DNA from: Acidobacteriota bacterium | Lineage (GTDB): Bacteria; Actinomycetota; Actinomycetes; Actinomycetales; Micrococcaceae | Assembly (NCBI GenBank): GCA_019352125.1 | Contig: JABBNV010000002.1 | Location: 4,823 to 38,046 of the forward strand | Direction of reading: 5' to 3' | Length of the DNA: 33,224 nucleotides | In this document: piece by piece, positions 7,307-15,386 of the stretch | Layout: the number at the start of each line of letters is the position of its first letter | Numbering within the stretch: the stretch's first letter is position 1 | The notes under the pieces: generated by a model | Database searches by the model: none | The model's input: the letters and a program-made list of their open reading frames with translations, nothing else | What the model was told of the DNA's origin: nothing | Position numbers and translations under genes: made by a program

Positions 7307-8629
7307 ATGCGCACTGTGGAGACCGTTTCCCTGCATCTTGACCCAGCCGCCGTAGCTGCTGCCAAGCACGCCACCGCGGCACCGCCGGGGCCCCGTCCAG
7401 CCGTAGATGCCGGCCCTTGGCAGGCGGCGGACACTGCCTGCGAGCAACTGGACGCTCCACTTGCTGTGCTGGATCTGCAAAACCTCTCGCGCAACGCGGG
7501 GGCCCTGTTGCGGCGCGCCTCCGGTACCCCCATTCGCGTAGCCAGTAAGTCAGTGCGCTCCCGAGCCGTGTTGCGAGCCGTGTTGGCCCAGGACGGTTTT
7601 AGCGGAATATTGGCGTATACCTTGCCAGAGGCCTTGTGGCTGGCAGAAGAGTTCGACGACGTGCTGCTGGGCTACCCGTCCACGGACGCTGCTGCAGTGC
7701 GCACGTTGGCCGCGGATGATCAGCTGCGCTCCCGTGTGACGTTGATGATTGATTCAGTGGAGCACTTGACCTGGCTGGAGTCTGTCCTTGACGCAACGCC
7801 TCACAGCACTTCGGAGATTCCCGTGCGCCTAGCCATGGAATTGGATGTGTCCTGGCAACCGAGGGTGGGTCAACAAACCCTGGCTCACATTGGTGTGCGG
7901 CGCTCCCCCGTGCGCACCCCCAAGGATGCCGTGCAGCTGGCACGCAATATTGCTGGCCGAACCCGCAACGGCAAGCCACGCTTTGTTCTGGTGGGGATGA
8001 TGGCCTACGAGGCACAAATTGCCGGGCTGGCGGACAGACCACTCAATATGGCCCGCGGTGCGGCCATCTCGGCCATTCAACGCCGGTCCAAGGCAGACGT
8101 AACAGCGCGGCGGCAAGCGGTTGTCGCTGCCCTGCGGGAGGTCACACCGCTGGAGTTCATCAACGGTGGCGGCACGGGCAGTCTGGAATTCACCCATAGC
8201 GATTCTTCGGTGACCGAGCTGGCGGCCGGATCCGGTCTTTTTGGACCAACGGTCTTTGACTTTTACTCACATTTCCGGCCGGCACCCGCTATTGGGTTTG
8301 CCCTGCCCGTGGTGCGACGGCCCGCCGCAGATACCGTCACGGTGCTGGGCGGAGGATGGATCGCGTCCGGCCCACCCGGGACTGATCGAAGCCCGACGCC
8401 GGTGTACCCGGCCGGGTTGAGCCTGATTCCCACCGAAGGAGCCGGGGAGGTGCAGACACCGCTGGTAGGTGATGCCGCCAAGACCCTGTCCATCGGTTCA
8501 AAGGTGTGGTTCCGGCACGCCAAATCCGGGGAAGTTTGCGAGCATGTCAATGATCTGGTGGTGCTTTCCGGAGCGGAAGTCCTGGGAAGTGTTCCCACCT
8601 ACCGCGGCGAGGGGAAGGCCTTTATATGA
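7307..8629 (+). CDS. PLP-dependent alanine-racemase-fold enzyme (D-amino-acid deaminase/aldolase-like)
   Basis: N-terminal pattern PLAVLDL..L..N...L....G.PIRVASKSVR, with a candidate PLP lysine in VASKS. It is followed by a TIM-barrel-like alternation and a C-terminal beta domain. The start was placed at ATG 7307 (MRTVETV). The stop overlaps the next gene (ATGA at 8626-8629). Confidence 0.65.
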   Translation: MRTVETVSLHLDPAAVAAAKHATAAPPGPRPAVDAGPWQAADTACEQLDAPLAVLDLQNLSRNAGALLRRASGTPIRVASKSVRSRAVLRAVLAQDGFSGILAYTLPEALWLAEEFDDVLLGYPSTDAAAVRTLAADDQLRSRVTLMIDSVEHLTWLESVLDATPHSTSEIPVRLAMELDVSWQPRVGQQTLAHIGVRRSPVRTPKDAVQLARNIAGRTRNGKPRFVLVGMMAYEAQIAGLADRPLNMARGAAISAIQRRSKADVTARRQAVVAALREVTPLEFINGGGTGSLEFTHSDSSVTELAAGSGLFGPTVFDFYSHFRPAPAIGFALPVVRRPAADTVTVLGGGWIASGPPGTDRSPTPVYPAGLSLIPTEGAGEVQTPLVGDAAKTLSIGSKVWFRHAKSGEVCEHVNDLVVLSGAEVLGSVPTYRGEGKAFI

Positions 8630-10002
8630 GTGCTCCAGCACCGCATCATCGGGCGGCCCGGCCAGAGCGTTGGCACAACTGGGCGGGGGATCAGGTATGC
8701 CAGCCAACCCGCATAGCCAGGCCCAGCACCGTGGCCGAAATTGTGGCCTTAGTGCAGCAAGCGGCTGCCACCGGCCAACGGATCAAGGCCGTGGGAGCTG
8801 GGCACAGCTTCACTGACATTGCGCTCACCGAAGGCATCCAGCTCAGCTTGGATGCGCTCACAGGCCTACAGAGCGTCAATAGGGCCACCGGCGAGGCAAC
8901 GTTTGCCGCCGGGACCCGGCTCTACGATATTCCAGCGCTGCTGGCCCCGTATGGACTGGCCATGACCAACCTGGGCGATATCAATGTGCAAAGTTTGGCC
9001 GGCGCCATCTCTACGGGCACCCATGGGACGGGGCTGCGCTTTGGCGGGATTGCCACGCAAGTAACCGCACTAACCTTAGTAGACGGAGCCGGGACAGTGG
9101 AACACGTCTCCGCCACTGAGAATCCCGAGCTGTTCTCCGCCGCGCGGGTGGGGCTAGGAGCCCTGGGTATCATCACTTCCATCACTTTGGCCTGCGTCCC
9201 CGCGTTCCGACTGCACGCCGTCGAACGCCCCGAAGGTTTGAATTCGGTGCTGGACGGACTCACACAACGCATGGCGAGCGTGGATCATTTCGAGTTTTAC
9301 TGGTTCCCGCACACAGAGGTGGCTCTCACCAAGACAAACACCCGGTCGGAGGCCTCCCCCTGGGAACACAAACGGGTGGATGCAGGTTCGCGCCCGCTGC
9401 ATCCAGCGCGACGCTTCCTTGATGACACTCTCATGTCCAACACGGTGTTTTCCGCTCTCTGCAGTGTGACTGCTCGGATTCCGCAGAGCATTCCGAGGGT
9501 CAACTCGATTGCCTCGAAACTCACCGGGAACCGGGCCTTCGCTGACGCCTCCCATAGAGTTTTTGCCACTGAACGCCGAGTCAGGTTCCGCGAAATGGAA
9601 TATGCGGTGCCGCTGGAGAGTCTTCCGCGCGCATTGGCTGATCTCAAGGCGATGATCGAGCGTAAGGGGTACAACATCTCCTTCCCGGTAGAAGTTCGCT
9701 GCGCGGCAGCTGATGACATTGAGCTCTCCACCGCATCCGGACGGCTCACCGGCTACATTGCCATACACCAATTTAGAGCCACCGAGCACACCGATTATTT
9801 CCATTCAGCAGAACAAATATTTTTGCGCTTCGGCGGCCGCCCCCACTGGGGCAAATGGCATTATCTGGACGCAGAATCTTTGCAGCCCCTATACCCTGAG
9901 TTCGAAAAGTTCTGTATTCTGCGACAGGTGGCAGACCCCCAAGGGATCTTTGGAAATGCCTATCTGGATCGGGTTCTTTTGCCGCTGCCATCAGTGCGGT
10001 AA
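8626..10002 (+). CDS. FAD-linked oxidase of the ALO/GULO family (D-arabinono-/L-gulono-1,4-lactone or alditol oxidase-like)
   Basis: WHNWAGDQ...P.TVAEIVALV..A...G.RIKAVGAGHSFTDIA matches an FAD_binding_4 N-terminus with the His used for covalent flavinylation in relatives. The C-terminal ...FGGRPHWGKWHY is an ALO-domain signature. Confidence 0.85.
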   Translation: MSAPAPHHRAARPERWHNWAGDQVCQPTRIARPSTVAEIVALVQQAAATGQRIKAVGAGHSFTDIALTEGIQLSLDALTGLQSVNRATGEATFAAGTRLYDIPALLAPYGLAMTNLGDINVQSLAGAISTGTHGTGLRFGGIATQVTALTLVDGAGTVEHVSATENPELFSAARVGLGALGIITSITLACVPAFRLHAVERPEGLNSVLDGLTQRMASVDHFEFYWFPHTEVALTKTNTRSEASPWEHKRVDAGSRPLHPARRFLDDTLMSNTVFSALCSVTARIPQSIPRVNSIASKLTGNRAFADASHRVFATERRVRFREMEYAVPLESLPRALADLKAMIERKGYNISFPVEVRCAAADDIELSTASGRLTGYIAIHQFRATEHTDYFHSAEQIFLRFGGRPHWGKWHYLDAESLQPLYPEFEKFCILRQVADPQGIFGNAYLDRVLLPLPSVR

Positions 10003-10034
10003 TGACCCACTAGCGCCTCAGGAGTAGTTTCGCG

Positions 10035-10589
10035 ATGACAACTGTGCCACAGGTATCCGAGCCGGAATCCACAACGACTGTGGTGATTGGGTCCGGCTTT
10101 TCCGGCTTGGCCGTGGCATCCGAACTCTCACGGCAGGGCGTGCAGACTATTGTGTTGGACGGGTTGGAGGCGTCGCCTAGCCTGAACCGCAGCCCGGCGC
10201 ACAGCGAGTCAGCCTGGGGCCAGCGTGGGGAAATTCTTCGACTCCTGCGGCACTATGCCTTGAGCCACCAGCTGGACATCCGCGAGCGCACCAAACCGAT
10301 GCAGCTGGTACGGGGCACCGTTGGGGTCAAGGGCGCATGGGCGGTACACACCGCTGACGGCGTCGTCATGGCGGACAATATAGTCCTGACCCAGTGCGCC
10401 GAGAACCATTTCAGGCGAATTCTGGCCTCTTTGGGCCTGGCGCTGGGCAAGGACGCGGTACGCGCCATGCGATCTCTGGGCATCTACCTGGTAGGAGTGG
10501 GCGGCGCCTTGACCCCCAGCACCCAAGAGATCATGCGGCAGGCCAAGGTAGTCAGTCACGCCATTTCCAGTACGACGGCGGCTGCTTAG
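10035..10589 (+). CDS. short FAD/NAD(P)-binding-fold protein (mini flavoprotein, possibly degenerate)
   Basis: AGGAG SD upstream. The N-terminal dinucleotide-binding motif is VVIGSGFSGLAVASEL...VLDG, and the C-terminal GIYLVGVGG resembles the C-terminal FAD-contact motif of flavin monooxygenases/CzcO-like enzymes. At 184 aa there is no room for a second nucleotide-binding domain. Confidence 0.5.
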   Translation: MTTVPQVSEPESTTTVVIGSGFSGLAVASELSRQGVQTIVLDGLEASPSLNRSPAHSESAWGQRGEILRLLRHYALSHQLDIRERTKPMQLVRGTVGVKGAWAVHTADGVVMADNIVLTQCAENHFRRILASLGLALGKDAVRAMRSLGIYLVGVGGALTPSTQEIMRQAKVVSHAISSTTAAA

Positions 10590-10613
10590 TCTTTCGCGCC
10601 GGCGTTGCCAGCG

Positions 10614-11213
10614 TCAGTCCTCGCCAGCGCCCAAGCGACGCTTGACGAAGATGCCAATTCCAGCCACCAGAGCCACCAACACCAGCCCCAGCACTACCAA
10701 TACCCAGGGGAACCCGCCGCTAGCCGAAGCAGAAGCGGGCGCGGAACTCTGCTGCGGGCTTTGCGGGGCAGCCGCCGTTCCCGCACTGGCAGTATTGACC
10801 GGCGCAGCACCTGACGTGGCCGTAAAACTGAAAGTGCCGTCAATCGGGTGGCTATCGGAGGAAACCATCCGCCAATTGACAGTGTAGGTTCCGGCCGGAG
10901 CGCCAGCCTTGATGTTTTCGCTGGCCACATGGTCAATCACGCGCACGGCGCCGTCTGCCCAGTCCTTGCCGGTGGAGTCCAGAATCTGAATCTGCGAACC
11001 AATGGCCGCCGGAGTGTTATCAAAGGTCAGCGTGAGCTTGCTGGGCACCGATGTCACCGTCGAACCGTCAGCCGGATTTGTGGACTCCAGCACATCGTGC
11101 GCGCTGGCAGCCGGTGCACTCACCAACGCTACGGTCAACAATGCCAGCAGCGTAACCATAGCCAACAGCCATATTGCGGCTCGAGAAAGTGAACGTGAAC
11201 CAGCTGAAATCAT
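10614..11213 (-). CDS. copC: CopC-domain copper-binding protein with C-terminal membrane anchor
   Basis: The signal peptide ends ...APAASA|HDVLESTNP, making the mature N-terminal His a Cu(II) ligand. The CopC beta-sandwich pattern is ...GTYTVNWRMVSSDSHPIDGTFSFT. A Ser/Ala/Pro linker and a TM helix (WVLVVLGLVLVALVAGIGIFV) follow. Confidence 0.85.
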   Translation of the reverse strand: MISAGSRSLSRAAIWLLAMVTLLALLTVALVSAPAASAHDVLESTNPADGSTVTSVPSKLTLTFDNTPAAIGSQIQILDSTGKDWADGAVRVIDHVASENIKAGAPAGTYTVNWRMVSSDSHPIDGTFSFTATSGAAPVNTASAGTAAAPQSPQQSSAPASASASGGFPWVLVVLGLVLVALVAGIGIFVKRRLGAGED

Positions 11214-11333
11214 TTTGCTTCCTTTGCCTTGACAACAAAATTAACGTTACGGCAACAGGAGTGGCCAAAAGTACCGACTAAGATTTCTCAGGGGAGAAAT
11301 TACACAGCGCACTCATTGTCCGGGAGGACCCTC

Positions 11334-12842
11334 ATGGCCGCAAAGACCAACAAGGCACGCGAAGCTGCTTCGGCGCAGCGTGCGGGCACCGCTACAGCGG
11401 TTGCTCCAAAGTCCTTCTTGGACAAATACTTTATGATTTCGGCCCGCGGCTCCAACTACTCGCGTGAAATCCGCGGAGGCTTCGCTACCTTCTTTGCCAT
11501 GAGCTACATTGTGGTGCTGAACCCGCTGATTCTCAGCGGTGCGGACTCCTCCGGTGGCACCTTGGGCATTGAACGGGTAGCCGCAGTAACGGCATTCGTC
11601 GCCGGTATTCTGACGATTCTGATGGGCGCTTGGGCCAAACACCCCTTCGCTCTTGCCACCGGGCTTGGCGTTAACGCCTTCGTCGCGGTGACAGTGGCCA
11701 GCCACCCCGGTCTGAGCTGGCCAGACATGATGGGCCTGGTGGTACTCGCTGGCTTGACCATGTTCATTCTGGTGCTCACTGGCTTCCGAACGGCGGTATT
11801 CAAAGCTGTACCCGAGGGACTGAAAACCGCCATTGTGGTGGGCATTGGTCTCTTCATTGCCTTGATCGGCTTGGTCAACGCCGGATTTGTGCGCCGCATA
11901 CCTGACGTTGCCGGAACAACCGTTCCGGTGGGCTTGGGCTACGATGGCAAACTGCTGGGCTGGCCTACGTTGGTGTTCGTTGTAGGCCTGATCCTGACCA
12001 TTGCCCTGGTGGTCCGTAAGGTCAAGGGCGCCATCCTGATCGGCATCGTGGTCTCTACCGTTCTGGCGAACGTCATTGAGGCAATCGGCCACATTGGTCC
12101 CAGCGTTCAGCCGGGCAAAGACTTCAACCCGCAGGGCTGGTCTCTCGTGGCACCGGAACTCTCCAAGTGGGGCGCACCGGACCTCTCCCTGATTGGCAAG
12201 GCCAACCCCGTGGGCGCCTTTGCACACCTGGGCCCTCTGGCCGCCGTCCTACTGGCCTTCGTCATTCTGCTCAGCATCTTTTTTGATGCCATGGGCACCA
12301 TGGTGGGTCTGGCTGGCGAGGCCGGAACCATTGACAAGGATGGCAACATCCCCAATGTGGATCGCGTGTTGCTGGTTGACGCCTTTGGCGCGATTGCCGG
12401 TGGTGGGGCCTCCGTGTCATCCAACCAGATTTACGTTGAGTCCGGGGCCGGTATCGGCGAGGGCGCACGCACTGGTCTGGCGTCCGTAGTGACTGGTCTG
12501 TTGTTCATTGTGGCCATGTTCCTCACCCCCTTGGTGCACTTGGTACCGTTCGAAGCGGTAGCCCCTGCGCTGGTGGTGGTGGGCTTCATGATGGTCTCGC
12601 AGATTGGCAAGATTGATTGGAAGGACATTGGTATCGCCCTCCCGGCGTTCCTGACCTTCACCCTGATGCCATTCACTTACTCCATTGCCAACGGACTGGG
12701 CGCCGGGTTCATCGCGTTTGTGCTGATCCGACTGTTCCAGGGCCGCGCCAAGGAGATTCACCCCTTGATGTGGGTTGTTGCCGCAGCGTTCCTGCTGTTC
12801 TTCGGCATTGGGCCCATCGAGCAACTGCTGAACGTCAAGTAG
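11334..12842 (+). CDS. NCS2 family permease, AzgA/PbuG-like (adenine/guanine/hypoxanthine permease type)
   Basis: The N-terminus ..LDKYFMISARGSNYSREIRGGFATFFAMSYIVVLNP is the characteristic AzgA-like opening, followed by about 13 TM segments. ATG 11334 has a GGGAGGA SD 6 nt upstream; the ORF-track start at 11229 is less likely. Confidence 0.85.
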   Translation: MAAKTNKAREAASAQRAGTATAVAPKSFLDKYFMISARGSNYSREIRGGFATFFAMSYIVVLNPLILSGADSSGGTLGIERVAAVTAFVAGILTILMGAWAKHPFALATGLGVNAFVAVTVASHPGLSWPDMMGLVVLAGLTMFILVLTGFRTAVFKAVPEGLKTAIVVGIGLFIALIGLVNAGFVRRIPDVAGTTVPVGLGYDGKLLGWPTLVFVVGLILTIALVVRKVKGAILIGIVVSTVLANVIEAIGHIGPSVQPGKDFNPQGWSLVAPELSKWGAPDLSLIGKANPVGAFAHLGPLAAVLLAFVILLSIFFDAMGTMVGLAGEAGTIDKDGNIPNVDRVLLVDAFGAIAGGGASVSSNQIYVESGAGIGEGARTGLASVVTGLLFIVAMFLTPLVHLVPFEAVAPALVVVGFMMVSQIGKIDWKDIGIALPAFLTFTLMPFTYSIANGLGAGFIAFVLIRLFQGRAKEIHPLMWVVAAAFLLFFGIGPIEQLLNVK

Positions 12843-12849
12843 ATCGGCC

Positions 12850-13791
12850 ATGCAGATGAACTCCGCTCCGTTCGCTGTTGATACCCCACCCGCTCAGTGG
12901 TCCGGGCGCTTCGACGGCGACGGGACGGAACATCGCCGGTGGTGGCAGGCAGTTACCACTTACCCCGCGCCGGGCACGCCCGACGTCGTCGTACTGGGTT
13001 TTGCGTCCGACGAAGGCGTTCGCCGAAACCAGGGACGAACTGGCGCAGCAACCGGGCCAACAGCCCTGCGCACCGCGCTGGGGCCCTTGGCGTGGCACCT
13101 GAACAAGACTGTGGCCGATGCCGGCGATGTAGTAGTCACCGGTGATGGGCTAGAGGCTGGGCAAGCGCGAGCTGGCCGAGCCATCAGCGCTGTGCAGGAC
13201 GCCGGTGCACTCAGCGTGGTGCTGGGCGGCGGCCACGAAACGGCATTTGCCAGCTATCTAGGCATTTCAGGGAGTGCCAACTTTGCCCAGCAACGCTGGG
13301 GAGTGCTGAATTTGGATGCCCATTTTGACCTGCGAGCGGCACCGGAGCCCAGCTCTGGCACACCGTTTCGCCAAATGGCCATGGCAGAGCGGGCCGCAGG
13401 ACGCGCGCTCAACTACGCCGTGCTGGGTATCAGCGAAGTGAGCAATACCGCAACCCTGTTCAACGCGGCTCATGAACTGGGCGTGCGGTACCTGCTGGAC
13501 GAAAATTGCTCCAGGGAAAACAGTGCCCAGTTTGTAGCCGACTTTCTGGCGGAGATTGACGCACTGTATCTGACCATTGACCTGGACGTCTTGCCCGCTG
13601 CCGTGGCCCCGGGCGTGAGCGCGCCAGCCGCCTATGGCGTGCCTCTGGACGTGATTGCGGCTGTATGCGCACAGGTGGCCGCCACCGGGAAACTGCGGCA
13701 CCTGGACGTGGCCGAGCTCAACCCCAGCCTGGACGTAGACAACCGGACAGCCAAGGTGGCCGCCCGGTTGATCAACACGTTGATGCGCTAA
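12850..13791 (+). CDS. hutG: formimidoylglutamase (arginase/ureohydrolase family)
   Basis: Ureohydrolase metal-binding motifs GGGHETAF, NLDAHFDLR and LTIDLDVL are present. Length is 313 aa and the gene has hut neighbours. It starts 7 nt after the permease stop with no obvious SD. Confidence 0.85.
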   Translation: MQMNSAPFAVDTPPAQWSGRFDGDGTEHRRWWQAVTTYPAPGTPDVVVLGFASDEGVRRNQGRTGAATGPTALRTALGPLAWHLNKTVADAGDVVVTGDGLEAGQARAGRAISAVQDAGALSVVLGGGHETAFASYLGISGSANFAQQRWGVLNLDAHFDLRAAPEPSSGTPFRQMAMAERAAGRALNYAVLGISEVSNTATLFNAAHELGVRYLLDENCSRENSAQFVADFLAEIDALYLTIDLDVLPAAVAPGVSAPAAYGVPLDVIAAVCAQVAATGKLRHLDVAELNPSLDVDNRTAKVAARLINTLMR

Positions 13792-13806
13792 ATCAGCGCC
13801 GTAGCA

Positions 13807-15360
13807 TTACGCCAGCGGGCCGACGGCGGATTCGGCCGCCGCGCGAATCGCACCGGAGCCCACCAGTACGTCCGCAGCCTCTAGCTCTGGAGACAGGAAC
13901 CTGTCCTCTCCCGGGCCGGGCACTACTTTGCGCAGTTCCGCAATAACCGCGGCAGCTGCAGGTCCCGGGCTCAATTCTCCCTCAGAGAACTGGACGCGCA
14001 TGTCAATAGCGCGGGTGGCCGTCACCAGCTCAATGGCCAGTACCCGCCGCAGGTTCTCTACGCCGAGGCGCAACTTCCGTGCTGCGTGCCAGCCCATGGA
14101 GACATGATCCTCTTGCATGGCTGAACTGGGTATCGAATCTACCGACGCTGGCACGGCCAGACGCTTGCTATCGGATACCAAACCAGCCTGGGTGTACTGC
14201 GCAATCATCAGCCCTGAATCCACACCCGGGTCCCCAGCAAGGAATGCAGGCAGGCCGTGCGAGCGGGCCGGGTCGAGCATCCTGTCCGTGCGACGCTCCG
14301 CCATGGAGGCCAGATCCGCAATGACGATGGCTAGGAAATCCAGCACATAAGCCACGGGGGCTCCATGGAAGTTGCCGTTGGAAGAAACCCTGCCGTCCGG
14401 CAGCACCACGGGGTTATCAATGGCCGCAGCCAACTCGCGGGTTGCGACTAACTCTGCGTGATCCACGGAGTCACGGACTGCCCCGGCCACCTGCGGTGCA
14501 CAGCGCAACGAATACGCGTCCTGAACCCGACTGTCCCCGTTGCGGTGGCTGGCCACAATGGCGGAATCGGAGAGCACTCGCAACATGTTGTCTGCACTGG
14601 CTGCCTGGCCGGGATGTGGCCGCAGGGCAGCGTGCAGTTCCGGAATGAATACCTGATCTGTGCCCAGCAATCCCTCAACGCTCAACGCGGCCGTGATATC
14701 CGCCGTCGTGAGCAAGTTGCGAATGTCCGCAATGGCCATCAGCAGCATGCCCAGCATGCCATCTGTACCGTTGACCAGCGCAAGGCCTTCCTTCTCGGCC
14801 AGCACTACCGGAGTAATTCCGGCCTCAGCCAACAGCTCCGGAACCGGGCGAACTTGCCCATCGGGGCTAGCAGCCTCCCCCTCGCCCATCAACACCAGGG
14901 CGCAATGAGACAGCGGTGCCAGATCACCGGAACAGCCAAGTGAACCAAATTCGCGCACCACGGGGGTGATGCCCGCATTCAGCACGGCCACCATGGTTTC
15001 CAGCACCACGGGGCGGATTCCGGTGCGGCCAGATGCCAGCGTCTTGGCACGAAGGAACATCAACGCGCGCACCACCTCCGGCTCAACGGCCGGGCCCATG
15101 CCGGCTGCGTGAGACCGAATCAGAGATTTCTGCAACTGGGTGCGCTGCTCCTGGGGGATGTGCTTGTTGGCCAGTGCCCCGAACCCCGTGGAAATACCGT
15201 AGGCCGGGATCTCCGAGTGCGCCAAGGTGTCAATGTGCTCGCGGACCTTGGCAACCTGCGCCAACGTATCCGGGTCAATGACTACCTGAGCGCCGTGCCG
15301 CGCCACTGCAAGAACATCCTGCGCAGTTGTGCCACTGGCGGAAAGGGTAATGCTTGTCAT
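13807..15360 (-). CDS. hutH: histidine ammonia-lyase
   Basis: 517 aa with the MIO-region motif GSLGCSGDLAPLSH and full-length similarity to HAL/PAL family proteins. AGAGGA SD 6 nt upstream. Confidence 0.95.
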   Translation of the reverse strand: MTSITLSASGTTAQDVLAVARHGAQVVIDPDTLAQVAKVREHIDTLAHSEIPAYGISTGFGALANKHIPQEQRTQLQKSLIRSHAAGMGPAVEPEVVRALMFLRAKTLASGRTGIRPVVLETMVAVLNAGITPVVREFGSLGCSGDLAPLSHCALVLMGEGEAASPDGQVRPVPELLAEAGITPVVLAEKEGLALVNGTDGMLGMLLMAIADIRNLLTTADITAALSVEGLLGTDQVFIPELHAALRPHPGQAASADNMLRVLSDSAIVASHRNGDSRVQDAYSLRCAPQVAGAVRDSVDHAELVATRELAAAIDNPVVLPDGRVSSNGNFHGAPVAYVLDFLAIVIADLASMAERRTDRMLDPARSHGLPAFLAGDPGVDSGLMIAQYTQAGLVSDSKRLAVPASVDSIPSSAMQEDHVSMGWHAARKLRLGVENLRRVLAIELVTATRAIDMRVQFSEGELSPGPAAAAVIAELRKVVPGPGEDRFLSPELEAADVLVGSGAIRAAAESAVGPLA

Positions 15361-15386
15361 TTCAAGTCCTCTATAGATGTTGGAGA

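Noticed and set aside
7180-7533. Long N-terminal extensions of the two divergent ORFs (6166..7533 minus and 7127..8629 plus), which would overlap each other by about 400 nt.
   Set aside because: The extensions are Arg/Ala/Ser/Cys-rich low-complexity translations typical of out-of-context high-GC DNA. Internal starts (7179 with a GGAGGA SD; 7307) give proteins that begin where homology-like sequence begins and leave a normal 127-bp divergent promoter region.
11214-11333. A purine riboswitch or PurR-type operator upstream of the NCS2 permease. The region has a TTGACA box, the 8-bp palindrome TAACGTTA and a GUACCGACUAAG segment faintly like the 3' part of the purine aptamer.
   Set aside because: No P1/P2/P3 architecture or conserved junction nucleotides can be drawn. 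The palindrome is only 8 bp with asymmetric flanks. Treated as chance.
11313-12227. Large ORFs antisense to or overlapping real genes (for example 11313..12227, 16254..17198, 443..1051, 652..1260, 21105..21812, 26636..27337, 9154..9804, 19014..19634).
   Set aside because: These are shadow ORFs expected in high-GC DNA. Their translations are Arg/Pro/Gly/His-rich with no recognisable domains, while the opposite-strand or alternate-frame ORFs have clear family signatures.
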